Notes: a model not told the origin generated them from the sequence alone. Shown: positions 28,083 to 38,360, counted from the first letter of the stretch. The stretch: DNA of 64,000 nt from an uncultured Subdoligranulum sp. (GCA_964560675.1 CAZLMA010000005.1:7473-71472); one strand, 5' to 3'. Translations and numbers: made by a program.

Positions 28083-28610
28083 ATGGATACTGTTTTACAG
28101 GCAATCGAAAAGAGGAGTTCAACGCGCGGTTTTTTACCTCAGCCGCTGCAAAGTGAGCAATTAGACGCGATCTTGCGCGCCGGTCTACAGGCCCCCACAG
28201 CTGCAAATCGGCAGGAGATTCACTTCACGGTCCTCCGTTCGGACAATCCGATTTTGGCCGAGATTGAGGATGAAAAAAACGCGGCGCTTGAAAAAGCGCC
28301 AGCACAAAACTTTTATTACGATGCCCCGGTCGTGATTATCCTGAGCGGGGACGAATCCTTCTCCTGGTCTGCGGTGGATGCCGGCATCGCGGTAGAAAAT
28401 ATGGCGCTGGCGGCGGAGGGTCTTGGCTTGGGTTCTTTGATTATCGGCTGTATCAAAGGCGCAATGCTGGGGCAGAAAAAGGCAGCATTCGCCGAAAAGC
28501 TCAAATTGCCGGATGGGTATGCTTATCAAATTGCCATTGCCCTGGGAACCAAAGCGACCGCAAAGCAGCCGCACACCTACAATGCGGATAAAAATGTGAC
28601 GATCCTCTGA
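28083..28610 (+). CDS. Nitroreductase family protein
   Basis: AIEKRSSTRGF, APTAANRQ, AAEGLGLGSLIIG; RBS AGAAGGAG. Confidence 0.9.
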   Translation: MDTVLQAIEKRSSTRGFLPQPLQSEQLDAILRAGLQAPTAANRQEIHFTVLRSDNPILAEIEDEKNAALEKAPAQNFYYDAPVVIILSGDESFSWSAVDAGIAVENMALAAEGLGLGSLIIGCIKGAMLGQKKAAFAEKLKLPDGYAYQIAIALGTKATAKQPHTYNADKNVTIL

Positions 28611-28707
28611 TCGCCCGTTTTGCGATGCGCTTTGCAACCGCAGCGCTTCTTTTTGAATCAAAAACATCACGGGGTCCCGGCAGGAAAGGCCGCTTGTATA
28701 GGCCGGA

Positions 28708-29493
28708 TCAGCCGAGCCCCCATTTTTTAAAAAAGCGGCACATACTTTTAAGCTGCAAGAAAAATTTTCCTGCGTCGTGCATCGGCGCACGATGCCAGGC
28801 ATGGATGGCCCCAAACTGCGGCGCCAACCATACTGTTCCTTCGCGCAGAACTTTTTGGGTTAAGTCGGCATCCTCTACATACAGAAAGTACCCGGGGTCA
28901 AAGCCCCCGATTTTAGAGAAGACTTCCGTGCGTACGGCTGCAAAACTACCGGTACAAAACGCAATGCGAACGGGTTTGGAAAGGTCCTGATCTTGCATGG
29001 TATAGTGCCGATCCGCCCGGGTAAAGATTCCGCCAAACACAGGCGCCAGTTGCCTTGCCAGGAGAAACCACGGCGTCGGCTTCAGGCGAGGCAGGTGCTG
29101 GATGGCGCCGTCCTGAAAATACAGTTGCGGCGTCGCCATTACGGCGCCAGGCTGCGCAAGCAGCCAGTCGGCAAGGTCACTGAGTACGTCACCGTCTTCT
29201 TCGCGAAGCCAGATGTCCGGGTTTAGGATATAGTGCACTTCGCTCTCAAGCTCCGGTATGACGGTGTTGTGCGCACTGCCGAACCCTATGTTTTGGGGCA
29301 AAGCGATCACTTTTACTCGGCTGTCTTGGAAATCTGTGGCGGACAATTGCGCGCCGCAACCGTCAGGGCTCGCGTTGTCTAAAATAAACAGGCGAAAATC
29401 CCGGCTTTTTGTATGTTTGAGCAGACTGCGCGCCGCGATGCAGGTCTCTTGGTAATCACAGTAGGCAACGATCCCCGCACTGACGCACGCCAT
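28708..29493 (-). CDS. Glycosyltransferase family 2
   Basis: LDNASPD, NIGFGSAHN, ILNPDI, GGFDPGYFLYVEDADL. Confidence 0.9.
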   Translation of the reverse strand: MACVSAGIVAYCDYQETCIAARSLLKHTKSRDFRLFILDNASPDGCGAQLSATDFQDSRVKVIALPQNIGFGSAHNTVIPELESEVHYILNPDIWLREEDGDVLSDLADWLLAQPGAVMATPQLYFQDGAIQHLPRLKPTPWFLLARQLAPVFGGIFTRADRHYTMQDQDLSKPVRIAFCTGSFAAVRTEVFSKIGGFDPGYFLYVEDADLTQKVLREGTVWLAPQFGAIHAWHRAPMHDAGKFFLQLKSMCRFFKKWGLG

Positions 29494-29496
29494 CGG

Positions 29497-30432
29497 TTAC
29501 TCCTCCTTGCCCAATGCCTCCAGGTTTTCCAGGTCATAGGGTGTATTCTGATACACATAATAGTTGAGCCAGTTCGTGTAAAGAAGATGCGCGTGGGCCC
29601 GCCAGCGAAAAATCGGATCCCGATCGGGATCGTCATCCGGGTAATAATGGGCCGGAACCGCAATGGGTTTGCCGGCCTTTCGGTCTCGACGGTACTCTGC
29701 ATCCAGCGTATATTTGTCATATTCCGGGTGTCCGATCACAAAGATCTGCCTGCCGGAATCGGTCGAGAGCAGCATAGGGCCAGCGATATCGCTGTCCGCT
29801 AGAATGCGAAGACGATCGCATGCTTCAATATCCGCTCGATCGACACCGGCCCACCGGCTGTGCGGCGCGTAAAACACCTCATCAAAACCGCGCACCAGCG
29901 GGTTGGCAGGCCTAATAACTTTGTGCGCATAGACGCCGAACAGTTTTTGTGGATAACTGATCTTTCGGATTCCGAAATGGTAATAAAGGCCGGCCAAGGC
30001 GCCCCAGCAGAGGTGAACGGTAGAAAAAACATTTTCTTTGGAATATTCCATAATTTCGCACAGTTCCGGCCAATAGTCCACCTGTTCGTAAGCCTTGTCT
30101 TCGATCGGCGCGCCTGTGATAATCATACCGTCAAAACGCTCGTTGCGTATCTGATCAAACGTTCTGTAGAAGGCGCGCATATGTTCCTGCGGGACATGGG
30201 TGCTCGTGTGTGTGGCGGTCTGCAAAAAGGTCAGCTGCACCTGCAGCGGGGAGTTGGCAAGCAGACGCGCAAGCTGGGTCTCTGTGACGATCTTGAGAGG
30301 CATCAAGTTCAGGATCAGGATGCGCAACGGGCGGATGTCTTGACTCTGGGCGCGCTGGCGGTGCATGACGAAAACATTTTCTCGGCTGAGAATTTCATAG
30401 GCAGGCAGTTCCTGCGGGATAATCAGAGGCAT
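29497..30432 (-). CDS. metA: MetA-family homoserine O-acyltransferase, probably acetyl-CoA specific
   Basis: LNLMP.KIVTE, ITGAPIE (Glu at the acetyl/succinyl specificity position), CWGALA, GHPEYD. Confidence 0.95.
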   Translation of the reverse strand: MPLIIPQELPAYEILSRENVFVMHRQRAQSQDIRPLRILILNLMPLKIVTETQLARLLANSPLQVQLTFLQTATHTSTHVPQEHMRAFYRTFDQIRNERFDGMIITGAPIEDKAYEQVDYWPELCEIMEYSKENVFSTVHLCWGALAGLYYHFGIRKISYPQKLFGVYAHKVIRPANPLVRGFDEVFYAPHSRWAGVDRADIEACDRLRILADSDIAGPMLLSTDSGRQIFVIGHPEYDKYTLDAEYRRDRKAGKPIAVPAHYYPDDDPDRDPIFRWRAHAHLLYTNWLNYYVYQNTPYDLENLEALGKEE

Positions 30433-30701
30433 TGTACGGTTCCTCGCTGCGATCTTCGGGGTACAAGCCGTAGATTCGATGCGGCTACGGGTCTAATGTG
30501 ACGGTTCGTTGCAATAAGGCAGGGATAGGCTGATTTTAAGCAAAATCTATACAAACAAAAGGCTCCTGGTGAAAACAGAGGCCTTTTTACTCGCCGTATT
30601 TTATTAAGAGCGCACCAAACGAGGCTGCACAGCTTAAAACAACCTATCGCCGCGCACTTCATGCGAATTTCAATGTCGCAACAAAAGACTGTGGAGAAGT
30701 T

Positions 30702-31073
30702 TTACGACTTCGTAGCCTTATTCTCTTTTGTGGCGTCTTTGTTACTGTCTTTGTTGGCGGGGCCCATATCCAATTTGTTCACCGATGCGATTGCCGTTCG
30801 CCGCATGCGCAGCTTGACACGATCGCTCGTCGTTTCAAGCACAAAAGTGTCATCTTTGATGGCGGCAACGTGACCGATGATCCCCCCGATGGTCGTTACC
30901 TCATCACCGATCTCAATCGAATTGCGCATCTCAGCGTCTTTTTTCTCTTGTTTCTTCTGCGGACGCCAAAGGATAAAATAGAGAGCTCCCAGCATCACGA
31001 CAAACGGCACGATGGTTGCAATCAAGCCGCCTGCCGTACCAGTGGATGCGGTATCCAAAAACTGCAACAACAT
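30702..31073 (-). CDS. yajC: Preprotein translocase subunit YajC
   Basis: YFILWRPQKKQEKK...GDEVTTIGGIIG. Confidence 0.95.
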   Translation of the reverse strand: MLLQFLDTASTGTAGGLIATIVPFVVMLGALYFILWRPQKKQEKKDAEMRNSIEIGDEVTTIGGIIGHVAAIKDDTFVLETTSDRVKLRMRRTAIASVNKLDMGPANKDSNKDATKENKATKS

Positions 31074-31164
31074 TTTAAACTCCTCCTACCTTAAAAGCCC
31101 CGCGGTGGTTAGCTGCTAAACGGCTGGTCTCTTTCTCAAATCCGCTCGCCTTATCGGCAAGCTC

Positions 31165-31193
31165 ATTATACAGGATTTCGCGCTTTTGTGCAA
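31165..31193 (-). promoter_or_regulatory. Sigma-A promoter of yajC
   Basis: TTGCAC-17 nt-TATAAT on the minus strand. Confidence 0.7.
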
Positions 31194-31263
31194 GCGCTCA
31201 AACAACCTTTTTCCGCACAGCGCCACACAACTCTTTTAGAGCAAACGCAACAGAGAAAAACGG

Positions 31264-34200
31264 TCACGATTCTTCGCTGCTTAATGACTGTTGCTTTGGG
31301 GAAGGCTCGGAAATTGCCTTGATGACCGTGTGCAAAAGTGCGAGCGGATCCTCGTCATTTTTCACATGTACGGAGATGTAGGGGCGCCCCAAAGAGGAGT
31401 AAAGCACGCGTCCAGGCAGTGCTTTTGCCGCCGATCCCAGTCGCTCTTGATTGATCGCATCACAGTAGAGAAACAAGGTATCACTGCGCTGGGTAATTTC
31501 GACAATATCCGCGTTGGCGGCTTCCACACGGATAAGAGAAACATCCACAAGCCCCTGCACACTCTTCGGAGGATCGCCGTAGCGGTCGACCAATTCATCC
31601 AGCACATCTGTGGCGTCCTCCGGGGTCTCGATCGCGGCGATCCGTTTGTAAGCCTCGATGCGCCCCGCCTCACTGGGAATGTACTCTTCCGGCAGGTAGG
31701 CGTTCACCGTGATATCGACAAGGCATTCGCTCTTGTCGTGCACGGGAGCCTCTCCTTTTACCTCGGAAACCGCCTGTGTCAACAGCTTGACATAGGTCTC
31801 ATACCCTACGGCTTCGATATGCCCATGCTGGCTGTGGCCCAACAAATTCCCGGCGCCCCGAATTTGAAGATCCCGCATCGCAATGCGAAAGCCGGATCCA
31901 AAAGCCGTGAACTCCCGGATTGCGGAAAGACGCCTCTCCGCTTCTTCCGTGAGTATTTTTTCGCGCCTGAATGTCAGGTAGGCATACGCCTTGCGCGCGC
32001 TGCGTCCCACGCGACCACGGATCTGATAGAGCTGCGCCAAACCCATGCGATCCGCATTCTCTATAATCAGCGTATTGCAGTTGGGAACATCAATTCCGGT
32101 TTCGATCAGCGTTGTGCAAACCAGTACATCGATTTCGTTGTCGAGCAATTGCTGCCAAACGCCGGAGATCTCTTCCTCTTTCATCTGTCCGTGGGCGATC
32201 CCGACACGCGCTTTGGGCGCTAAGCGGTGCACTCGTACAGCACATTCCTCAATGGTTTCGACGCGGTTGTACAAATAGTACACCTGTCCGCCCCGGGAGA
32301 GTTCGCGCTGGATCGCGGCGGCGAGAATTCCCTCATCGTATTCCAGCACATAGGTCTCTACCGGCTGTCTGTCAACAGGCGGTTGCTCAATGGTAGACAT
32401 ATCCCGTATTCCAGAAAGTGCCATGTTGAGCGTTCGGGGAATCGGCGTAGCGGATAGGGTAAGAAAGTCAACCCCGATAAAATTCTCTTTCAGCTTCTCT
32501 TTGTGCTTCACACCAAAGCGCTGCTCTTCATCCACCACAACAAGGCCCAAATCTTTGAACTTGACATCATCAGAGAGAAGACGATGCGTACCAATTACGA
32601 TATCCACCGTTCCATTTTTAAGGCCGCGTACAGTTTCCTCTTGCTCTTTTTCGCTTCGATAGCGGCTTAACAGCGCGACGTGAATCGGGAAGGTACCGAT
32701 ACGGGCAAGGACCGTATTGTAATGCTGCCAGGCCAAGAGGGTTGTCGGCGCCAGGATCGCACACTGCTTACCCCCCATCACGCACTTAAAGGCAGCACGC
32801 AGCGCGACCTCGGTTTTTCCCACGCCTACATCGCCGCACAGCAGCCTGTCCATCGGCCAGGGCTGCTCCATGTCTCGTTTCACTTCCGCAATGCTGGCCA
32901 ACTGATCGGGTGTTTCTCTGTAGGGAAAGCGCTGCTCAAACTCCATCTGCCATGTGTTGTCCGGCGGGAAAGCATACCCTTTTGCCTTTCTTCGCTTGGC
33001 ATACAACCGAATTAATTCCTTTGCCATCGCACCCGCGGCCGCTTTAGCACGGTTGCGCGCTTTGTGCCATTCCGAACCGCCTAGACTGCTGAGCCTGACT
33101 TTATTCATATCGCCGTTAGGATGGGTGTAGCGGCTCAAAAGGTCAAGCTGGGTGACTGGGACATATAACACGTCTTTCCCGTCGTATTCTATGCGCAGAT
33201 AGTCCTTTGTAACGCCCTGTACCTCCATGCGCTTGATTCCGGTGTAACGCCCAATACCGTGATTCATGTGCACGACCAAATCTCCCGGCGAGATTTCCGT
33301 CAGGCTGGTAATCGCGTTCTTTGCCAGTTTTTTGCGGCGCTTCAACGCCTCTTCGTCTTCGATGAGCGCACGGCTCGTGAGCACAGCATAATTGGCAAAG
33401 GGGAAGTTACAGCCGCCCGAAAGATGCCCCGGAAGCACCTGAACAACCGCCGTTTTGGCAGGAGGTAAAGATTCCTCCAACCGCGTTGTAACCAGCACGC
33501 CCGGCAAATACCCTCTTAAATCCTGCGCAAGACCCTGTGCCGCTCGCTGTGTACCGACAAGCAACGTCACGGCGGCACCGCTCTCACACAGCGGTGATAA
33601 ATCTTCCAGTAACGCGCCGATTTCGCCGTTCCAGACAGGCAGACTATGCGCAGGTGCGTTGATCAGTGCCTTTAGACGTATCTCCGGCATACTTCTCGCA
33701 AAGTTCTCGGCGCACAAAGTGGGATGCTTGTCAATCAGCGACCACAACCAGGACTGGTCGGCATAGAGCTCCGTCAGCGGGGAATAGAGAATCCCCTCTT
33801 CTAAAAGTGATTTCGTCTCTTCGCCACGGCGGAAATCACAGGCACGCAACGCCTCACGCAGCGAGGCGGGTTCTTCCAGGATCAGCACAAAATTTTGCAA
33901 ATGATCCAGCAATGTGGCTTGTTTGCGGTAGCACACCGCAAGATATTTATCCAGATTGACGGGTGTGATTCCCGAGTCAAGCTTTTCCAAATCTCCTTCC
34001 ATGCATGCGCCGAGAGCAGCCTTTTTTTTGCCTCGCTGCTTTGCCAAAAATCCGCGCAACTGTGTTGCCGTCTGCTGCGGCGTACCGAACAAAACCTCTT
34101 TGGCTGGACTGATGTATATTTTTTCCAGTGATCCCGTTCTTCGCTGGGAAGCCAAATCAAAACTGTGCAGTGTATCAATCTCATCGCCCCAGAATTCCAT

Positions 34201-34773
34201 ACGGGCCGGCTCTTTCATGTCCGGGGCAAAAATATCCACAATTTCGCCGCGTACGGAAAACTGTCCCGGACCGTCTACCTGCATGCGGCGCATATAACCG
34301 GCCCCGACCAGAAGTTCCTCTAACGCCGCGTGCGTGATGGAATCGCCTGGGCGCAGCGTTCTCGTATTGCGCAAGAAGTCCGCACTCGGTATCGTATACT
34401 GGGTCAAGCCTTCCGCGGATACACAGACAGCCTGTAATCGGCCGCCCGCGAGATCGCCCAAAACGGCAAGGCGGCGGTACTCATATTCCCGCGAGGTGCT
34501 TTCGATCGGTCGCAGAATATAATCCCTCGCGGGGAAGACCGCTGCGGCGATGCCGAGCGCATGGAAATCTTCCGCAAAGCGCGTAGCCGCCGCCTCGTCG
34601 GTCGTTACAACGCAGAGCGCCTTGCCCGTGTTATGACAAAGGGCCGCATACATTTGCACACGCCCGACAGCCGGCAAGCCGAACAATGCCGCAGCGCCCG
34701 GTGTGGTAACGGCCGCCGCGACAGATCGGTATTCATTCGTTTTCGTAAGTTGTGTTTCAAACAGAGCTGCCAT
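31264..34773 (-). CDS. mfd: Transcription-repair coupling factor
   Basis: GDLVVHMNHGIG (CarD-like), CGDVGVGKTEV, DEEQRFG, QIRGRVGR, RDLQIRGAGNLLG. Confidence 0.98.
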   Translation of the reverse strand: MAALFETQLTKTNEYRSVAAAVTTPGAAALFGLPAVGRVQMYAALCHNTGKALCVVTTDEAAATRFAEDFHALGIAAAVFPARDYILRPIESTSREYEYRRLAVLGDLAGGRLQAVCVSAEGLTQYTIPSADFLRNTRTLRPGDSITHAALEELLVGAGYMRRMQVDGPGQFSVRGEIVDIFAPDMKEPARMEFWGDEIDTLHSFDLASQRRTGSLEKIYISPAKEVLFGTPQQTATQLRGFLAKQRGKKKAALGACMEGDLEKLDSGITPVNLDKYLAVCYRKQATLLDHLQNFVLILEEPASLREALRACDFRRGEETKSLLEEGILYSPLTELYADQSWLWSLIDKHPTLCAENFARSMPEIRLKALINAPAHSLPVWNGEIGALLEDLSPLCESGAAVTLLVGTQRAAQGLAQDLRGYLPGVLVTTRLEESLPPAKTAVVQVLPGHLSGGCNFPFANYAVLTSRALIEDEEALKRRKKLAKNAITSLTEISPGDLVVHMNHGIGRYTGIKRMEVQGVTKDYLRIEYDGKDVLYVPVTQLDLLSRYTHPNGDMNKVRLSSLGGSEWHKARNRAKAAAGAMAKELIRLYAKRRKAKGYAFPPDNTWQMEFEQRFPYRETPDQLASIAEVKRDMEQPWPMDRLLCGDVGVGKTEVALRAAFKCVMGGKQCAILAPTTLLAWQHYNTVLARIGTFPIHVALLSRYRSEKEQEETVRGLKNGTVDIVIGTHRLLSDDVKFKDLGLVVVDEEQRFGVKHKEKLKENFIGVDFLTLSATPIPRTLNMALSGIRDMSTIEQPPVDRQPVETYVLEYDEGILAAAIQRELSRGGQVYYLYNRVETIEECAVRVHRLAPKARVGIAHGQMKEEEISGVWQQLLDNEIDVLVCTTLIETGIDVPNCNTLIIENADRMGLAQLYQIRGRVGRSARKAYAYLTFRREKILTEEAERRLSAIREFTAFGSGFRIAMRDLQIRGAGNLLGHSQHGHIEAVGYETYVKLLTQAVSEVKGEAPVHDKSECLVDITVNAYLPEEYIPSEAGRIEAYKRIAAIETPEDATDVLDELVDRYGDPPKSVQGLVDVSLIRVEAANADIVEITQRSDTLFLYCDAINQERLGSAAKALPGRVLYSSLGRPYISVHVKNDEDPLALLHTVIKAISEPSPKQQSLSSEES

Positions 34774-34851
34774 AGATCCTAGCCTTCGGATTCATGATCA
34801 ATACAAAATAAAACCTACCTGCAAATGCGTTTTTTTGAGCTTGGTAGCGCA

Positions 34852-35466
34852 TTACCCGTTGTAAAGGTTTTGCGCCTGGGGCAGTTTCCCTGCTACAATC
34901 ATTCGGCAGGCGGCCTCAATATCGCGGTACCGATCTGAGACTGCTGCGGCCATATCCTGCGGGAATTTCCCCAGTACCCATGCAGTCAAATCATAGTCCG
35001 GGCTCGGTTTGGCTCCCACTCCGATGCGAAGGCGCGGGAATTCTTCGCTGTTCAGGGATTGGATGATACTTTTCAGGCCGTTGTGCCCACCGGCAGATCC
35101 GCCGGCACGGATACGAAGATGCCCCGGCTCTTGCGTGATATCATCGCAGAGTACCAGCACCCGCTGCGGCGGTATTCCGTAGAAATCCGCCGCCTGCCTT
35201 ACACATTGCCCGGAATGGTTCATATAGGTCATAGGTTTGAGCAATATCGTTTTTTGCCCCTCTACGCAGGTTGTGCCAAAAAGACCCAGCCATTTGCTTT
35301 TGTTGACGGGGCAAGACCACCGCTGCGACAAATAATCCAGCGCTGCAAATCCGGTATTGTGGCGGGTACCCTGGTACTTTGCGTCTGGATTACCGAGACC
35401 GACAAGAATCCAGGCCGTGCCATCGGCCAACTCGTCGGCGCTACCCGTTTTGCTTTTCAAGAGCAT
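34852..35466 (-). CDS. pth: Peptidyl-tRNA hydrolase
   Basis: VGLGNP..Y..TRHNTGF, KPMTYMNHSG, SAGGHNGLKS. Confidence 0.97.
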   Translation of the reverse strand: MLLKSKTGSADELADGTAWILVGLGNPDAKYQGTRHNTGFAALDYLSQRWSCPVNKSKWLGLFGTTCVEGQKTILLKPMTYMNHSGQCVRQAADFYGIPPQRVLVLCDDITQEPGHLRIRAGGSAGGHNGLKSIIQSLNSEEFPRLRIGVGAKPSPDYDLTAWVLGKFPQDMAAAVSDRYRDIEAACRMIVAGKLPQAQNLYNG

Positions 35467-36181
35467 TTTCTTCCCGCTTTTTCTTCCGTTCGATATAGTC
35501 CTTTAGCTTTTCTTCCGCCCAATCGGGCACATTTACCTGCCCTGTGCGCTCAATCGCCAGTGCGCCATCGGGCACATCCTTCCCGATGGTGGAACCGGCG
35601 GCTGTGTACGCATGATTCCCGATTCTGACGGGGGCAACCAAATTGGTATTGCAGCCGATAAAGGCATAGTCCCCGATCACGGTTCTGAACTTATCTTTCC
35701 CGTCGTAATTACAGGTAACAGTGCCGCAGCCGAAGTTGCAATACGCGCCGACGTCCGCATCGCCGATATAGGTGAGATGACTGACCGTATTCCCTTTGGC
35801 GAAATTCGTATTTTTCGTTTCGACGTAGGCACCCAGATGTACGCCCTCCCCCGTTACCGTGCCGGCACGAACATGGGCAAAGGGACCGATCCGATTGCCG
35901 GGGCCTAGAATCGACTGATAGCACTGGCTGGCATTGACGGTCGAATCGGCGCCGACCACGGTATCTTCTAACAGCGTGTTTGGCCCGATCACACAGCCGG
36001 CGGAAATGACAGTGTGACCGCGCAAGAGGCAGCCCGGCAAAATTAGAGCGCCGGGCGCGATCTCGACTTGTGGATCAATATATACCGATTCTGAGAGAAA
36101 CTTTACCCCGTTTTCAAGATGCTTTTGAAAGGTCTCGGCGTACTTTTTTCGGATATCCATAAATTCTTCTACCGGCGTCAT
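35441..36181 (-). CDS. glmU: GlmU C-terminal acetyltransferase domain only (246 aa)
   Basis: GPFAHVR, SHLTYIGDA, NFGCGTVTCNYDG, FIGCNTNLVAPV; N-terminal uridyltransferase absent. Confidence 0.85.
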   Translation of the reverse strand: MTPVEEFMDIRKKYAETFQKHLENGVKFLSESVYIDPQVEIAPGALILPGCLLRGHTVISAGCVIGPNTLLEDTVVGADSTVNASQCYQSILGPGNRIGPFAHVRAGTVTGEGVHLGAYVETKNTNFAKGNTVSHLTYIGDADVGAYCNFGCGTVTCNYDGKDKFRTVIGDYAFIGCNTNLVAPVRIGNHAYTAAGSTIGKDVPDGALAIERTGQVNVPDWAEEKLKDYIERKKKREENALEKQNG

Positions 36182-36360
36182 CGTCGTTCTCCTATTCTGT
36201 AAAGCGATGATTTGTTAGCATCTGCCGTACTGCGTTGCTTACACTGCGAAAGGCTCCATACGGCAGGCGAATTGCGATGGGTTTTACTTTTTACCAGACG
36301 CTGGGTAGAACGCGCACACAGTCTGATAGCCTATTTTTTTACTTTTTTTGTGGAAAAGGC

Positions 36361-36389
36361 TTGCGATTTTTTCTCTATCGTGGTATATT
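36361..36389 (+). promoter_or_regulatory. Sigma-A promoter of htpG
   Basis: TTGCGA-17 nt-TATATT with extended -10 TG. Confidence 0.6.
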
Positions 36390-36392
36390 AAT

Positions 36393-36419
36393 TTAGCACT
36401 TCAAGCATGTGAGTGCTAA
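36393..36419 (+). promoter_or_regulatory. CIRCE element (HrcA operator)
   Basis: TTAGCACTT-N9-GAGTGCTAA, one mismatch to TTAGCACTC-N9-GAGTGCTAA. Confidence 0.92.
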
Positions 36420-36447
36420 CATTATTGCAAAAGAGGTCTTTACAACT

Positions 36448-38349
36448 ATGGCTATGCGTCAATTCAAGGCCGAGAGCAAGAAATTGCTCGATCTTATGAT
36501 CAATTCCATATACACAAACAAAGAAATCTTTTTAAGAGAGCTCATCTCCAACGCATCCGATGCCTGCGACAAGCGCTATCTTAAAAGCTTAACCGATACG
36601 AGCATGGGTGTCAAGAAGGAAGATCTTGTCATCCACATCAACGCCGATAAAGAGAGTCGCACGTTAACGATCAGCGATAACGGCATCGGCATGGATAAGG
36701 AAGAACTTGAGAAGGACCTTGGAACCATTGCACGTTCGGGTTCCATGGACTTCAAGAGCGAAAACCCAAGCGATAACATCGATATCATCGGGCAGTTCGG
36801 CGTCGGTTTCTACTCGGCCTTTATGGTCGCGCAAAAAGTGACCGTCATCTCCCGCTACCAGGGCAGTGAGGAGAGCTGGCAGTGGTCCAGCAAGGGCGTC
36901 GAGGGTTACACCATAACGCCTGCCGAGAAGGATGAGGTCGGCACAGAAGTAATCCTGGTCCTTAAAGAAGATACGGACAGCGAAAAATACAGCGAGTATC
37001 TCGATGAGTACACCCTTGTCGACTTAGTAAAGAAATACAGCGACTACATCCGCTACCCCATCACCATGTACAGGCAGAAGAGCCGGCAAAAGCCGAAACC
37101 GGAAAATGCCGGTGACGATTACGAGCCGGAATACGAAAATTATACGGAACTGGAAACGCTCAACAGCATGGTTCCCATCTGGAAACGGCCCAAGAGCGAG
37201 GTAAAAGACGAGGACTACAACGAATACTACAAGACAAAATTTATGGATTATACGGATCCGCTGCGCGTAATCACGAGCCGGACCGAGGGCACGGCTACCT
37301 ATACGGCATTGTTGTTCATACCCGGGCGCACGCCCTATGATTATTACACCAAAGAGTACGAAAAAGGTCTGGCGCTGTATGCTTCCGGTGTTATGATCAT
37401 GGAAAAGTGTGCCGATTTGCTGCCGGATTATTTCAGCTTTGTCAAGGGTGTCGTGGACAGCGAGGACCTGAGTTTGAACATCAGCCGGGAAACTTTGCAA
37501 AAGAACAGTCAACTTACACTCATGCGCGACAGCCTGGAGCGCAAAATCAAGAACGAACTGCGTGCGATGCTGAACAACGACCGCGAGAAATACGAAACCT
37601 TCTGGAAATCGTTTGGGCGGCAGATAAAATTCGGCATCTACGGCGACTACGGCATGAACAAAGATTTGTTGGCAGAGTTACTTTTGTTCTCAAGCGCGAA
37701 AGAAAACAAATACATCACCTTAGACGAGTACATCGAAAAGATGCCCGAAGGTCAAAAGTACATCTATTTTGCAGCGGGCGATGAGGTGAGTCGACTTGCC
37801 AAATTGCCGAACGCGGAGCTGGTGAGGAGCAAAGGGTACGACCTGTTATTATGCAGCGAAGATGTGGATGAGTTCTGCCTGCAGATGATGCGGGATTATA
37901 AGGAAAAAGAATTTAAAAATATCAACGGAAGCGATCTTGGGCTGGAGACCGAAGAGGAGAAGAAAGCCGCGGAGGACACGACAGCCGAGAACAAAGAACT
38001 CTTCGACGCGATCTTAAAAGCGCTCAACGGCAAGGTGAAAGAGGTCAAGGCAAATCCCACCTTACAGGCCCATCCGGTATCGCTTTCCAGCGAGGGCGGG
38101 CTCTCCATCGAGATGGAGAAGGTGTTGCGCAAAATGCCAAACGGCGAGGATGTGAAGAGTACCAAAGTTTTGGAACTGAATCCCAACCATTCTGTATTCT
38201 CTGCGCTGAAAGCCGCGCACACGCTTGGCGACACCGAGAAGGTCAACCGCTATGCCGAACTGCTTTACAACCAGGCTTTGCTCATCGCAGGCCTGCCGCT
38301 GGAAGACCCTGTCGCCTACACACAGCTTGTTTGCGAATTAATGAAATAA
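36448..38349 (+). CDS. htpG: Hsp90 chaperone HtpG
   Basis: IYTNKEIFLRELISNASDA, DNGIGM, GTIARSG, IGQFGVGFYSAF, LNISRETLQ. Confidence 0.98.
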   Translation: MAMRQFKAESKKLLDLMINSIYTNKEIFLRELISNASDACDKRYLKSLTDTSMGVKKEDLVIHINADKESRTLTISDNGIGMDKEELEKDLGTIARSGSMDFKSENPSDNIDIIGQFGVGFYSAFMVAQKVTVISRYQGSEESWQWSSKGVEGYTITPAEKDEVGTEVILVLKEDTDSEKYSEYLDEYTLVDLVKKYSDYIRYPITMYRQKSRQKPKPENAGDDYEPEYENYTELETLNSMVPIWKRPKSEVKDEDYNEYYKTKFMDYTDPLRVITSRTEGTATYTALLFIPGRTPYDYYTKEYEKGLALYASGVMIMEKCADLLPDYFSFVKGVVDSEDLSLNISRETLQKNSQLTLMRDSLERKIKNELRAMLNNDREKYETFWKSFGRQIKFGIYGDYGMNKDLLAELLLFSSAKENKYITLDEYIEKMPEGQKYIYFAAGDEVSRLAKLPNAELVRSKGYDLLLCSEDVDEFCLQMMRDYKEKEFKNINGSDLGLETEEEKKAAEDTTAENKELFDAILKALNGKVKEVKANPTLQAHPVSLSSEGGLSIEMEKVLRKMPNGEDVKSTKVLELNPNHSVFSALKAAHTLGDTEKVNRYAELLYNQALLIAGLPLEDPVAYTQLVCELMK

Positions 38350-38360
38350 TCCGGCGCCTT

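Noticed and set aside
30433-30700. SAM riboswitch or Met T-box upstream of metA
   Set aside because: No S-box, SMK or T-box consensus seen; only the yajC terminator-like hairpin and a small stem
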